A DNA stretch of 64,000 nucleotides. Source: an uncultured Candidatus Saccharibacteria bacterium. Its GTDB lineage: Bacteria > Patescibacteriota > Minisyncoccia > Phycocordibacterales > UBA918. The notes under the pieces were generated by a model. The model did not search any database, had not been told where the DNA came from, and was given only the letters and a program-made list of their open reading frames with translations. Position 1 is the stretch's first letter; each line of letters begins with the position of its first letter. Where the stretch lies: NCBI GenBank assembly GCA_964643955.1, contig CAZXUO010000001.1, positions 14,314 through 78,313 on the forward strand. The letters are read 5' to 3'. The position numbers and the translations under genes are program-made. This document shows, in pieces, positions 18,347-28,807 of the stretch.

Positions 18347-20044
18347 CTATTTGGAAGATTTTGCGCCCTGCTTCTCAAGGGGTAGATAAATAGTGAATGT
18401 AGAGCCTTTCCCCTCACCTTCAGATTCGGCCTTGATCGATCCGCCCATCTTTTCAGCCATTTCTTTTGCGACATAGAGGCCGAGTCCGGAGCCGATCACA
18501 TTGACGCTGTTTGCATTTTTGGCACGTGCAAATTTATGGAAGATCTCATGAAGTGTTTCAGGAGCCATGCCGATACCAGTATCTTTGATGACAATCTCGA
18601 CATGCTCTTTGGTCTTCTCTTCATTGAGTATTACGGCGATACTGCCTTTCGGTGTGTACTTGGTGGCGTTGTCGATGAGGTTTTGAATGATCTGGCGTAC
18701 TTTTCCAGCGTCCGCGTGCACGGTGCAAATTCCTTTAATATTTGAAACAAAAGTGAAGTCGAGTTGCTTTTCGGTTACGGCAGGTTTGATATCTTCGTAG
18801 ACAGTCTTCACCATATCGCAGATATCGAAATCACTCGGTGCATACTTCATAGTCCCGCTCTCGATGCGCGACACATTGAGGAAGTCTTCGACGGTGAGTG
18901 CCATATAGCGGCTCGATGTTTGGATACGCGAGATGATGTCCGTGACTTTCTTGCCGAGCTTGCCGTATGAGCCTTCCAGGATCATCGAGGTATATCCGCG
19001 GATAGAGGTCAGCGGGCTGCGGAGCTGGTGCGATGCTATCGACACAAACTCAGATTTCAGCTGATCGAGCTTCCTCAAACGCGCATTCGCCTTCGCCAAA
19101 TCTTTTGCAAGTTTTTCAATTTGCTCGCGTTGTCGGATTTCACGACGTACGCTTTGGACAAGCAAAAGTCCGAGGAAACATACCAGAATCGAAGTTGCTA
19201 CGATGATCGTACGTATACTTTCGAGGTTGGTTGCGAGGAGCGTAGAAAAAATAAGTATGATAATACCGATTACGAGTGCTTCTGTCGCAAATATCTTTGC
19301 ATTGACACTCCGATATTGAATAATGAGGTATGTGAGCAGGCCTGCAAAAATTGGAATGACGAAGAGTCCGTACTGCCCTACCTCCCAGTCATCTGCAAGG
19401 GTGCCGATGATATTGCCAAATGAAAATGAGAATAGGAATGCAAGTACGGCAAAGCTGCCGAGGAAAATCTCTGTCCTCCTTCCTTCAGCTTTATTTTTGA
19501 AGAAATGGATGACTGAAATGATAAGAATCCAGAAAGCAATAAATAATTCAAAGGCATATACATATATAAGGAGCGGTCCCTCGGTCGCCTCTCGATCGCA
19601 GTTTGTATAATCGAAGCCAACAAGATTTAAATTGGTATGGGCGAAGAAAATTATTGGCAAGTATAAGACAAGAAGAAGCAATTCCTTTTTCCAACCAAGT
19701 CCCACACGTGCAACAAAGTGATAGGCGAAATAAAGGGCACCGATGTAGACCAGCAATTCAAAGTGGATAATGTTTGACCAAAAGAACATTGTGTAGGGTG
19801 GATATGCTGTAGACCAGAGAATAAGATCAGAGATACTCCACGCGGTGAAAGAAAAACTTATGAATGCAAGTGATTGTACGACTGGATCGCGCCAATTCTG
19901 CCACAGAAGTGCAGCAGCAAGGCATAAAAGTGCTAGGACAGGCAAAAGATGCGAGTAATAGATAAAATCACCGAAGACGTTATCGGAAAATATGAAAAGA
20001 GTCGACGTTGTGTCCCACTGACAGATTTGTGGATCTAAATACAT
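18347..20044 (-). CDS. Sensor histidine kinase with N-terminal 7-TM sensing domain
   Basis: About 7 TM helices, then HisKA (EFVSIASHQLRSPLTSIRGY) and HATPase_c (N, G1, G2 boxes). No response regulator adjacent. Confidence 0.8.
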   Translation of the reverse strand: MYLDPQICQWDTTSTLFIFSDNVFGDFIYYSHLLPVLALLCLAAALLWQNWRDPVVQSLAFISFSFTAWSISDLILWSTAYPPYTMFFWSNIIHFELLVYIGALYFAYHFVARVGLGWKKELLLLVLYLPIIFFAHTNLNLVGFDYTNCDREATEGPLLIYVYAFELFIAFWILIISVIHFFKNKAEGRRTEIFLGSFAVLAFLFSFSFGNIIGTLADDWEVGQYGLFVIPIFAGLLTYLIIQYRSVNAKIFATEALVIGIIILIFSTLLATNLESIRTIIVATSILVCFLGLLLVQSVRREIRQREQIEKLAKDLAKANARLRKLDQLKSEFVSIASHQLRSPLTSIRGYTSMILEGSYGKLGKKVTDIISRIQTSSRYMALTVEDFLNVSRIESGTMKYAPSDFDICDMVKTVYEDIKPAVTEKQLDFTFVSNIKGICTVHADAGKVRQIIQNLIDNATKYTPKGSIAVILNEEKTKEHVEIVIKDTGIGMAPETLHEIFHKFARAKNANSVNVIGSGLGLYVAKEMAEKMGGSIKAESEGEGKGSTFTIYLPLEKQGAKSSK

Positions 20045-20183
20045 ATTTATTCCTCTATAATGGGCATTCCGTCTGGGTTTGTGATTATTTCAAAATCTCC
20101 AAGTATGATTTTGGAATAATACACAGTTGCTATTGAGAGGAGAATGCAGCATGCCAGAATCAGTCTGATGAGACGAGAAGCTA

Positions 20184-20657
20184 TCATACCTTAGTCTTTA
20201 AGTAGAGTTTTTTGAAATACGTAGAAACGTACGGAAGGTATTCTTCAAAGCGACGCTTTGGGAGCGATTGTATTGATCGTACGATACCTCTGCATTTTTT
20301 TGACCCACAAAGACATTTCATCTCCCACTGAGGATCGCCTTCGATTGTGGAATAGTCGATAGTAATTTCGTCCCCCTGCTTCAAATCCTTTAGTGCTACG
20401 AGCGTAACGCGACCTCTAATCCCTGTTGTGGGATCACAGGAGTGATTAAGGAATTTGTATGGCTTTTTAGGGTCAATCCATTGATTTGCAGCAACGCCAA
20501 TCCAGTCTGGATTGGCGAGTGCGTCAGCTTTGTTTTTGTTGACCTTAAACTTCATCTTTCCCTTCACATAAAAAATGAAGTCACCTTTTTTAACATCTTC
20601 ACCAATGCGTATTCCCAAGCCGTGTATCTTGCTCTTGCAGGTATATATTTGTTTCAC
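20184..20657 (-). CDS. SET-domain protein (putative protein-lysine methyltransferase)
   Basis: GLG, FLNHSCDPT (NHSC motif), EITIDY and post-SET CLCGSKKCRG. Gene is AT-rich. Confidence 0.7.
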   Translation of the reverse strand: MKQIYTCKSKIHGLGIRIGEDVKKGDFIFYVKGKMKFKVNKNKADALANPDWIGVAANQWIDPKKPYKFLNHSCDPTTGIRGRVTLVALKDLKQGDEITIDYSTIEGDPQWEMKCLCGSKKCRGIVRSIQSLPKRRFEEYLPYVSTYFKKLYLKTKV

Positions 20658-20684
20658 ATTTTAAATATAGCACTTAAGAAATAG

Positions 20685-21362
20685 CTAACTCGATCTTTTC
20701 AACATGATTTTTGTTGCTATAAAATTTCGGACTTGCTTAAAACAGAGCAGCAAAACGACTATGTGTAAGAAAAGATAATAGATTGGATAGAACAATTTAT
20801 ACGCAATATCTAATCCACCTTCGATAAGCACGGCACCCGTCATGCAAATGTATGCAAATACCCACAATGCCCACGGCGTAGCACGCTCCTCCCCTGTTTG
20901 GTATGTCGTTTTCCAAATCGGAATAAAAGAGATAATTGACGTGCTGACCGCAAGGATATTTGCAAAAGCTGCAGCGTGAGAATAAATCCAAATAAGAAGA
21001 GCGGATATGTCGAATCCTGTGAGGTAGTAGTCACCCTTTTCTGGTGCGTGGTAGCAGATTCTTTTTCCCTCCTTTGCAAGTCGATTTTTGATTTGGAGAA
21101 AGATTGTTGCACTTAAAATTATCGTCAGTCCGATGACGCATGCAAGCGGAAGTGCAGAAGTCGACCAATGACTTTCTCCAAGTGCATCGTAGGTAATGTA
21201 TTCGACCCATCCGCCGATAAGCCACATGAACCAACTTGCAGCATTTGGGCGGATATCTTCTTTGAATATGTAGTAGGTATAAATTAGATACGCAGAAATA
21301 TGGGAAATAAATGCAAGTATACCGAGTGTCTCAGCGACACCAATTTCTAGTAAAAAATCCAT
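20685..21362 (-). CDS. Hypothetical polytopic membrane protein
   Basis: About 6 predicted TM helices, no recognisable motif, AT-rich. Confidence 0.5.
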   Translation of the reverse strand: MDFLLEIGVAETLGILAFISHISAYLIYTYYIFKEDIRPNAASWFMWLIGGWVEYITYDALGESHWSTSALPLACVIGLTIILSATIFLQIKNRLAKEGKRICYHAPEKGDYYLTGFDISALLIWIYSHAAAFANILAVSTSIISFIPIWKTTYQTGEERATPWALWVFAYICMTGAVLIEGGLDIAYKLFYPIYYLFLHIVVLLLCFKQVRNFIATKIMLKRSS

Positions 21363-21368
21363 GGGAGT

Positions 21369-21857
21369 TTAGATAATAAACAAACCGGCGAGGGGGATCA
21401 TGAGGAGCCAGAAGAAGTATTGAGGTGGCGCAAAGAGTGACGAGATAGTCGCACCAGGGTCTACGATCGTAGTGATCGGAAGGACGTGGTAGCTGTAGGT
21501 AAGGATGAGAACGGTGCCAAGCATCGCAAGTAGAATCTTTTTTCCGATTCCCTCAAAAGCTCGTTCTTCGTACTCGTATGAGATAAGACGCTCTGCGAGA
21601 AATGCGCTCACCATGGTGAAAATTGCAAAAAGTCCGATAGTAACCATCGCTTCACTGTTCCCTTCGCGGGATGTCATATTGAAAATTGCCTCGTAGTAGG
21701 GAAACTCGAGCGAGATAAGGAGTGCGATATAAAGACCGAGGATGAGCGCGATGAGTGAGCGCTTGCCGCGCACAATGGCGTACGCAAAAAGTGCACCGAA
21801 GATACAGATGAGGACGAGAAACTCACGAGCAAACGAGAGCGCAGTGGCGATATCCAT
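21369..21857 (-). CDS. Small membrane protein, possibly CvpA-like
   Basis: 4 TM helices and about 160 aa; the family assignment is tentative. Confidence 0.4.
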   Translation of the reverse strand: MDIATALSFAREFLVLICIFGALFAYAIVRGKRSLIALILGLYIALLISLEFPYYEAIFNMTSREGNSEAMVTIGLFAIFTMVSAFLAERLISYEYEERAFEGIGKKILLAMLGTVLILTYSYHVLPITTIVDPGATISSLFAPPQYFFWLLMIPLAGLFII

Positions 21858-21866
21858 TACTGGCTA

Positions 21867-22925
21867 TTATATGCCCTCTTTGCGTAGTTCTTCAATGAGC
21901 TTTTTCGCATTACGTGTGAGTTTCTGTGGGATGTCGATAACGACCTTTACAAGGAAGTCTCCACGCTTGCCACCATCCTTCACTCCTTTTTCTTTGATGC
22001 GGAGCATGTCTCCGCTTTTGATGCCGGCAGGAATCTTTACGGTGACGTTTGCATCGAGTGTTTCAACTGTGTACGAAGCACCAAGGAGTGCATCGGTGAG
22101 CTTGATCGAGAGAATACTCTTGAGGTTTGCACCATCGCGCACGATGGAAGCATGCTTTTGGACATGCACTTTGATATAGAGGTCGCCGGGTGTGCCGTTG
22201 CGCACTGCTTCGCCGCGTCCGGTCATGCGGATCATCTCGCCATTTTCAATGCCGGCCGGAATAACAATCTGAATTTCTTCTTCAAGCTTGAGGACGCCGC
22301 GGCCGCCACAATCTTTGCAGGCGACTTTTGGAATAGAGCCGCGTCCATCGCAGACGTTGCATTCGCGGACGGTCGTGAAGGTTCCGAGGATTGATTGGCG
22401 TGTCTCACGGATTTTGCCATTGCCATTGCAGGTTGCACACGAAGTCACACCAGCTTTTTTGTCGGCACCAGTACCTTCGCAGGTTGCACAGACATTGTTC
22501 TTTGTGAGAAGTACTTTGCGTGTGATACCGAAGACAGATTCTTTGAGTGAGATCTCGATGTCGATAGAAATATCACGGCCGCGCGCACGCGCAGTTGCGC
22601 CGCGTCCACCAAAGCCGCCAAACATATCACTAAATCCTTCAAAGATATCGTTGAGATCAAACTCAACACCACCGCCAGGACCTCCCGCTCCCCATCCCGG
22701 GCGCGCGCCACCCATGCCGCTGTATGAGCGTCCGTAGGTGTCGTATTCTGCGCGCTTCTTCGCATCAGAAAGTACGGCGTATGCTTCGCTGATTTCTTTG
22801 AACTTCGCTTCGTCACCGTCCTTTTTGTCAGGGTGATACTTCGAAGCAAGCTTACGAAAAGCCTTCTTTATGTCATCTGCTGATGCGTTTTTTTCGACGC
22901 CGAGAATTGCGTAATAGTCTTTCAT
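21867..22925 (-). CDS. dnaJ: Chaperone DnaJ
   Basis: J-domain with HPD, G/F region, four CxxCxGxG repeats. Confidence 0.9.
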   Translation of the reverse strand: MKDYYAILGVEKNASADDIKKAFRKLASKYHPDKKDGDEAKFKEISEAYAVLSDAKKRAEYDTYGRSYSGMGGARPGWGAGGPGGGVEFDLNDIFEGFSDMFGGFGGRGATARARGRDISIDIEISLKESVFGITRKVLLTKNNVCATCEGTGADKKAGVTSCATCNGNGKIRETRQSILGTFTTVRECNVCDGRGSIPKVACKDCGGRGVLKLEEEIQIVIPAGIENGEMIRMTGRGEAVRNGTPGDLYIKVHVQKHASIVRDGANLKSILSIKLTDALLGASYTVETLDANVTVKIPAGIKSGDMLRIKEKGVKDGGKRGDFLVKVVIDIPQKLTRNAKKLIEELRKEGI

Positions 22926-23013
22926 ACGTGGGAGTATTTATGCCGATAAGTACATACGGCGATTGTGTGCCTCTGCATTATGCCAAAGACGGCATAGCGC
23001 GACAAGCGTGAGA

Positions 23014-24894
23014 CTATTTTTGTTCGGGAGTATCGGTGTCGACGTCTGCGTCACGTACGTTTTCGTCGGTCTTTCCGTCAGGATTACTTGAAGGAGCGCT
23101 CTGCATTGCTTCGCCAATCTTTTGCATTTCGGTCGAGAGCGCAGTGGTCGCAGCGACGATCGCGTCGGTGTCGTCCTTCCCTTTTGCATCTTCAGCGTCC
23201 TTGATCTTTGCTTCGACCGCGCTTTTTACGTCGTCAGAAATCTTATCTTTGTGATCGGTCAGCGCCTTTTGTGCGGTGTAGATCATTTGATCTGCGTTGT
23301 TGCGGACTTCGATGAGCTTCTTTTTCTTTTCGTCTTCGGCGCTGTGTACTTCAGCATCTTTCTTCATGCGTTCGATATCTTCTTCGGTGAGGCCTGAAGT
23401 CGCTTCGATACGGATCGATTGTACTTTGCCCGAAGCCTTGTCTTTTGCAGTCACGCTGAGTACGCCGTTTGAGTCGACATCAAATGCAACTTCTACTTGC
23501 GGCATGCCGCGAGGAGCTGGTGGAATGCCGTCGAGGATAAAGCGACCGAGTGACTTGTTGTCAGCTGCCATTGGACGCTCGCCTTGCGTGATGTGAATCT
23601 CAACCGAGGTCTGGTTGTCTGCTGCCGTAGAAAAGACCTGCTCCTTCTTCGTCGGAATGTGCGTATTTTTCTCAATGAGTTTTGTTGCAACGCCGCCGAG
23701 TGTTTCGATACCGAGCGAAAGTGGAATCACATCAACGAGCGTGATGTCCTGAACATCACCTTGGAAAATACCAGCCTGAATCGCTGCACCTGCTGCTACC
23801 ACTTCGTCGGGGTTGATGCTCTTGTTTGGTTCTTTGCCAAAGAGTGTGCGCACCGCTTCTTGAATAGCGGGCATGCGCGTTTGGCCTCCGACGAGAATAA
23901 TCTCATCGATATCTTCTTTCTTAAATGGTGATGCTTCGAGTGCACGCTTCGTGATCTCGATTGAACGGTCGATGTACTCGCGAGCAATCTCTTCGAGCTT
24001 TGCGCGCGTGAGTTTCAAGAGAAGGTGTTTTGGACCATTTGCATCTGAAGTGATGAATGGAATGTTGATCTCGCTCTCGCCGGTGGTTGAGAGTTCGTGC
24101 TTTGCCTTTTCGGCAGCCTCGTCGAGTCGCTGGAGCGCGAGCGGGTCTTTGCCGATGTCGATGCCCTCAGTCTTCTTGAATTCAGCAATGAGCCAGCGCA
24201 CGATCCCTTGGTCGATATCGCGACCGCCCATGTGCGCGTCGCCGTCGGTTGCTTTGACTTCGATTACATCGTCGCCTACTTCAAGCACGCTCACGTCAAA
24301 TGTGCCACCGCCGAAGTCAAAGACAACAAGCTTTTCTTCTTTCTTTTTATTAAAACCGTATGCGAGCGCCGCCGCCGTCGGCTCGTTGATGATGCGCTTT
24401 ACCTCAAGGCCTGCGATCTTGCCGGCGTCTTGTGTTGCTTTGCGCTGTGCATCATTGAAGTATGCCGGTACGGTGATCACAGCTTCGGTTATTTTTTCTC
24501 CAAGTTTTGCTTCAGCATCTGCTTTCAACTTTGCGAGAATCATCGCCGAGACTTCTTCTGGTCGGTAATCTTTGTCGCCCATCTTTACCTGGACGCCATT
24601 GTCAGTTCCCTCTTTCACTTCGTACGGAACGATAGCTTTGTCGCGCTGGACTGCCTCCTCTTTGAAAGTATGACCCATGAAGCGCTTGATGCCGTAGATG
24701 GTGTTTTGCGGATTCGTGACTGCCTGACGCTTCGCAATCTGTCCTACGAGACGTTCGCCTGTCTTTGAAATAGCAACGACTGATGGCGTCGTGCGGTTGC
24801 CCTCACTGTTCTCAATGATGACCGGCTCACCTCCTTCAATGATCGCCATTGCAGAGTTTGTTGTTCCAAGATCGATACCAAGAATTTTTGCCAT
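23014..24894 (-). CDS. dnaK: Chaperone DnaK (Hsp70)
   Basis: [16 protein letters not shown] and full-length Hsp70. Confidence 0.95.
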   Translation of the reverse strand: MAKILGIDLGTTNSAMAIIEGGEPVIIENSEGNRTTPSVVAISKTGERLVGQIAKRQAVTNPQNTIYGIKRFMGHTFKEEAVQRDKAIVPYEVKEGTDNGVQVKMGDKDYRPEEVSAMILAKLKADAEAKLGEKITEAVITVPAYFNDAQRKATQDAGKIAGLEVKRIINEPTAAALAYGFNKKKEEKLVVFDFGGGTFDVSVLEVGDDVIEVKATDGDAHMGGRDIDQGIVRWLIAEFKKTEGIDIGKDPLALQRLDEAAEKAKHELSTTGESEINIPFITSDANGPKHLLLKLTRAKLEEIAREYIDRSIEITKRALEASPFKKEDIDEIILVGGQTRMPAIQEAVRTLFGKEPNKSINPDEVVAAGAAIQAGIFQGDVQDITLVDVIPLSLGIETLGGVATKLIEKNTHIPTKKEQVFSTAADNQTSVEIHITQGERPMAADNKSLGRFILDGIPPAPRGMPQVEVAFDVDSNGVLSVTAKDKASGKVQSIRIEATSGLTEEDIERMKKDAEVHSAEDEKKKKLIEVRNNADQMIYTAQKALTDHKDKISDDVKSAVEAKIKDAEDAKGKDDTDAIVAATTALSTEMQKIGEAMQSAPSSNPDGKTDENVRDADVDTDTPEQK

Positions 24895-24906
24895 AGTGTT
24901 ATTTAG

Positions 24907-25485
24907 TTAAGCATTCTCATAATTACCGACAACGACTTTCGCAGGCCGTATCAGATAGTCGCCGATTGCGTAGCCGTTTTGAAGTACATCGACGACGGTC
25001 TGGTGAAGTGCCGCATCACTGACGGGCATTTCTGACACTGCTTCGTGAAAACGTGGGTCAAAGGGCTCGTGCTTCGGTTCAATGATCGTGACGCCGTAGG
25101 ACTTGATGATACTGGTGAGCTGATTGTAGATTTGTTCAAATCCCGTGCGCCACTCGTTGCCTTCTACTTTGCTGCGGAGTGCTATGTCGAAGCTGTCACA
25201 CAGCGGAAGGATTTTTTCAACGAATGCGGCAGTCTGCCTCTCTTTGTCGCGTTCGCGTTCGCTCTCTTGTCGTTTCTTGCTGTTTAATATGTCTGCCTTG
25301 AGCCGCTGCCACCCATCGAGATACTCTTGCTTTTCTTTCTGACAGGCGGCCAATTTTTCTCGGAGCGCTTTCAGTTTGTCCTCTGCGCGCTCCTCCATGT
25401 CTATGAGTTCTTCTGCTCCCTCTTCCTGTGCCTCAAAAAGCACATCGTCATCTTCTGATTTTTTTGATGATTTTTTGTGCACCAT
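24907..25485 (-). CDS. grpE: Nucleotide exchange factor GrpE
   Basis: Coiled-coil N-terminus plus GrpE C-terminal beta domain; position upstream of dnaK. Confidence 0.85.
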   Translation of the reverse strand: MVHKKSSKKSEDDDVLFEAQEEGAEELIDMEERAEDKLKALREKLAACQKEKQEYLDGWQRLKADILNSKKRQESERERDKERQTAAFVEKILPLCDSFDIALRSKVEGNEWRTGFEQIYNQLTSIIKSYGVTIIEPKHEPFDPRFHEAVSEMPVSDAALHQTVVDVLQNGYAIGDYLIRPAKVVVGNYENA

Positions 25486-25496
25486 ATCGATGCAGT

Positions 25497-25525
25497 ACTA
25501 TAAATCTTTTTTTTGCTTCTGTCAA
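25497..25525 (-). promoter_or_regulatory. Promoter of the grpE-dnaK-dnaJ operon: TTGACA, 17-nt spacer, TATAGT (minus strand)
   Basis: Reverse complement of 25497-25525 reads TTGACAgaagcaaaaaaaagattTATAGT. No CIRCE inverted repeat seen. Confidence 0.6.
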
Positions 25526-25554
25526 AAAATGCATCCCGTTGAGGATGCATTTTT
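25524..25554 (-). terminator. Terminator after rpsI: AAAAAATGCATCC-cgttga-GGATGCATTTTT
   Basis: Perfect 6-bp stem with a TTTTTTG tail on the minus strand. Confidence 0.65.
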
Positions 25555-25563
25555 GGTTGCGAA

Positions 25564-25962
25564 TTAACGCTTTGACCACTGTGGAGACTTGCGGGCCTTC
25601 TTGAGACCGAACTTGCGGCGCTCCTTGCTGCGCGGATCACGCTTCAAGAGTCCTGCGCGCTTCAAAAGTACGCGACGTGTTGCATCTTCTTTAAGAAGTG
25701 CGCGTGCAATACCGAGGCGGATTGCGTCAGCGTGTCCGCTGATACCACCTCCGTTTACGACAACGGTAACTTCATAGTTGCCAATCGTTTCGTCGGTTGC
25801 AAATACTGAAAGGACGACATGCTCGAGTGCTTGTGAATTGAAATATTCTGCGAGTGGCTTGTCGTTGACAATAACGCTGCGCTCTTTAGCGGGCGTAAGA
25901 CGAACGCGAGCTGTAGCAGTTTTGCGTCGTCCGATTCCTTCGATGTATTTTGTCGTAGCCAT
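25564..25962 (-). CDS. rpsI: 30S ribosomal protein S9
   Basis: GRRKTATARV ... RRKFGLKKARKSPQWSKR. Confidence 0.9.
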   Translation of the reverse strand: MATTKYIEGIGRRKTATARVRLTPAKERSVIVNDKPLAEYFNSQALEHVVLSVFATDETIGNYEVTVVVNGGGISGHADAIRLGIARALLKEDATRRVLLKRAGLLKRDPRSKERRKFGLKKARKSPQWSKR

Positions 25963-25967
25963 AATAA

Positions 25968-26333
25968 TTATTCGGTGATTGAAAGGTTTTGCATGCGGAG
26001 CTTGTGGAGCTTGTTCTTCGGAAGCATGCCGCCGATTGTGCGGGTCAATGCTTCGCCGTATCCACGACGGTTCGCAAGATGTCCAAGCGTTTCTACACGC
26101 TGACCTCCTGGATAACCTGAGTACGTCTTGTAGACTTCGTTCTCACGCTTCTTTTCAGTGATGTCGAGAAGACGAGCGTTGACCACCTTTACTGAAATTG
26201 GGAATACCGTGTGCTTTTCAAATGCAGGTGAATTCTTTCCGAGAAGTGCTGCAGCAGCTTCCGCAGCAACAGCGCCAAGGCGCTTACCTTGTGCGTCGAT
26301 TGTATATTCTGTTTTTTGCATAGATGCTGCCAT
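25968..26333 (-). CDS. rplM: 50S ribosomal protein L13
   Basis: IDAQGKRLGAVAAEAA ... L13 pattern; placed next to rpsI. Confidence 0.85.
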   Translation of the reverse strand: MAASMQKTEYTIDAQGKRLGAVAAEAAAALLGKNSPAFEKHTVFPISVKVVNARLLDITEKKRENEVYKTYSGYPGGQRVETLGHLANRRGYGEALTRTIGGMLPKNKLHKLRMQNLSITE

Positions 26334-26340
26334 ATACTCG

Positions 26341-26694
26341 TTATACCAGTTCGATTACTGCATCGCGGCGTCCTGCTGCGGTCGGTCCCATCTTGATGAT
26401 GCGTGTGTATCCGCCAGCGCGCTCGGTGTACTTTGCGGCAATCTCACCAAAAAGCTTTTTCACAACCTCACCGTTTGGCTCACCGAGGCGAGACGCAATG
26501 AGGCGGCGAGATGCTACTGAATCAGTCTTTGCACGTGTGATGAGTCGCTCAACAAACGGACGAAGCTCCTTGGCCTTGGCCTCAGTTGTCGTGATTGCTC
26601 CGTTATCGAGCAGTGACACCGCAAGACCGCGCAAGAGAGCAGTGCGCCCTCGGCGTGTTCGTGAAAGTGTGCGGTTTTTGTTGTGGTGTCGCAT
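26341..26694 (-). CDS. rplQ: 50S ribosomal protein L17
   Basis: MRHHNKNRTLSRTRRGR ... typical L17. Confidence 0.9.
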   Translation of the reverse strand: MRHHNKNRTLSRTRRGRTALLRGLAVSLLDNGAITTTEAKAKELRPFVERLITRAKTDSVASRRLIASRLGEPNGEVVKKLFGEIAAKYTERAGGYTRIIKMGPTAAGRRDAVIELV

Positions 26695-26714
26695 AACAGT
26701 GCTTCAAATCAATA

Positions 26715-27674
26715 TTATTCCTTGAGTGCAAGACCCATTCCTCCGAGTACCTCCTCGATTTCGGCGAGGCCTTTTGGACCCATACCATCGAGGGCAAGAA
26801 TATCATCTTTTTTCTTTCGAACAAGTCCGCCGATGGTTCGGATGTTTGCTTCCTCAAGCGCGTGCGCGGTGCGCGTGCTGAGATCAAGCGTCTCAATACG
26901 AGTCTTCAAAGCATCAGTATTGTCCGCAGAATCAGCAGAAACAGTGTCCTCTGCCTCGTGCATTGGCATCTCAACAGCCTTCTCCTGGAAGCCGATGATC
27001 GACTTGAGCTGGTGGATCATGATCTCGATAGACTGCTCGAGCGCCTCGCGTGGTGAGAGTGAGCCATCAGTCTCAATAAAGACGCGGAGACGGTTGTAGT
27101 CAGTACGATCACCCACGCGCATGTTCTCTACTTCGTAGTTCACGCGGCGGATTGGTGTGAATACTGCATCGAGCGCAACCGTTCCGATATCTACCTTCCC
27201 CTTCTGGTGGATGTCACGAGGGACGTAGCCGAGGCCGCGTTCAACAGTCATTTCGATCTCAATCTTTGCTCCCTTTGACGTGAGTTCAGCGATGTACTGG
27301 TCTGGATTGAGGATCGTGATCTGGCTTGGTGCATTGATAGCGCCTGCAGTGACAATTCCCTGCTCAGAGACCTTGAGTGTCATCGTGAGGGGCTCTTCAG
27401 TATGCATCGCCATACGAACACGCTTGAGGTTGAGGAGGATCGTAAGAACGTCTTCCTTCACACCGTCAATCGCTGAAAACTCATGCTGTACACCATCGAT
27501 TTTTACCTGCGTAATAGCAGCGCCGACGAGTGATGAGAGGATGATACGGCGAAGTGAATTGCCGAGCGTGTGGCCATAGCCTGGGTAGAGACCATCAATC
27601 TCATAGGTACCCGTAAAGCCCTCTTCGCTTACGACGCGAGGCTTTGACGGCAATGTTACGTTGGTTTCGAGCAT
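26715..27674 (-). CDS. rpoA: DNA-directed RNA polymerase subunit alpha
   Basis: N-terminal dimerisation-domain pattern (GHTLGNSLRRILLSS-like) and C-terminal alpha-CTD. Confidence 0.9.
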   Translation of the reverse strand: MLETNVTLPSKPRVVSEEGFTGTYEIDGLYPGYGHTLGNSLRRIILSSLVGAAITQVKIDGVQHEFSAIDGVKEDVLTILLNLKRVRMAMHTEEPLTMTLKVSEQGIVTAGAINAPSQITILNPDQYIAELTSKGAKIEIEMTVERGLGYVPRDIHQKGKVDIGTVALDAVFTPIRRVNYEVENMRVGDRTDYNRLRVFIETDGSLSPREALEQSIEIMIHQLKSIIGFQEKAVEMPMHEAEDTVSADSADNTDALKTRIETLDLSTRTAHALEEANIRTIGGLVRKKKDDILALDGMGPKGLAEIEEVLGGMGLALKE

Positions 27675-27704
27675 ACGAAAATATTAATTTAACAATGATA
27701 AATA

Positions 27705-28328
27705 CTATCGGCTGTAGTACTCAAACACTTGTTCCAGGTCAAACAGAAGTTCGCTCGGGTCGTATGTGGGAGCTGCAGAAACGTTGCCAGTAAGCGCTTT
27801 AGTGTCAAACTGGAGCCATGAAGGAACCTGCGCAGGAGTTGTATTTTCAGTTACGGTTGCAAAAAGTACTGACTGCTTGCTGCCGTCGCGCACTGCGATC
27901 GTCTCCTTTGGCGCAACTTGGTATGAAGGAATAGTTACCTTGCGTCCATTTACGGTGATGTGACCGTGTGAGACCATCTGGCGTGCGAGACGACGTGTCT
28001 TTGCAAGACCAAGACGATACACGACATTGTCGAGACGTGATTCGAGGCGGTGCATGAGCGCGTTTGTTGGAACATCACTCTTTTCGATTGATTCCTCAAC
28101 GTAGCGTGAAAGCTGACGCTCAGAAATACCGTATGTGTAGCGCATCTTCTGCTTCTCGAGGAGCTGCTTCTTGAAGTCGCTCATCTGACCACCACCCTTC
28201 TTACCACCGCGACCACGGGTCTTTTCCCCACCGCGTGATTCTGCGAGTGCAAATTTTTGTGTCTGACACTTTTCAAACACGGCGCCGCCGAGTCGTTTGC
28301 AGATCTTATATTTTGGTCCGATTATCAT
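27705..28328 (-). CDS. rpsD: 30S ribosomal protein S4
   Basis: RLDNVVYRLGLAKTRRLARQMVSHGHITVNGRKV. Confidence 0.9.
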   Translation of the reverse strand: MIIGPKYKICKRLGGAVFEKCQTQKFALAESRGGEKTRGRGGKKGGGQMSDFKKQLLEKQKMRYTYGISERQLSRYVEESIEKSDVPTNALMHRLESRLDNVVYRLGLAKTRRLARQMVSHGHITVNGRKVTIPSYQVAPKETIAVRDGSKQSVLFATVTENTTPAQVPSWLQFDTKALTGNVSAAPTYDPSELLFDLEQVFEYYSR

Positions 28329-28346
28329 ATGCGTAAATAAACTAGA

Positions 28347-28775
28347 TTAGACACGGCGAGCACGTGGTGCGCGCGGACCGTTGTGAGCAACGGGCGTGCG
28401 GTCACTGATGCGTGAAATATTGATACCTTTTCCGGCAAATGCGCGGAGGGCTGACTCGCGACCTGCGCCGACTCCGCGCACGACGACCGCAGCTTCCTTC
28501 ATACCCATCTGCTGAGCCTTCTCGCCGATCACTTCACCGACCTTTGCAGCAGCAAATGGTGTTGACTTACGAGAGCCTTTAAAACCAATGGCACCACTTG
28601 ACGCGCTGATGAGGGCGTTACCCTTTGCATCGGCGAGGGTAAGAATCGTGTTGTTGAAGGTTGCGAGTACGTTGAGCGTACCGATCTCCACCTTCTTTTT
28701 AGGAATACGCGCAAGAGCCCGCGTTGCGTTTTGATCTGATCCCCCACTCTTTTTGATAATTCGTTTCTTACCCAT
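28347..28775 (-). CDS. rpsK: 30S ribosomal protein S11
   Basis: Typical S11 with C-terminal HNGPRAPRARRV. Confidence 0.9.
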   Translation of the reverse strand: MGKKRIIKKSGGSDQNATRALARIPKKKVEIGTLNVLATFNNTILTLADAKGNALISASSGAIGFKGSRKSTPFAAAKVGEVIGEKAQQMGMKEAAVVVRGVGAGRESALRAFAGKGINISRISDRTPVAHNGPRAPRARRV

Positions 28776-28807
28776 AGGTCATTAGCAAAATAATATGTAT
28801 ATACGCT

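Noticed and set aside
23873-24768. Two large plus-strand ORFs (231 and 223 aa) within dnaK
   Set aside because: Antisense to a highly conserved dnaK; Ser-rich or low-complexity.
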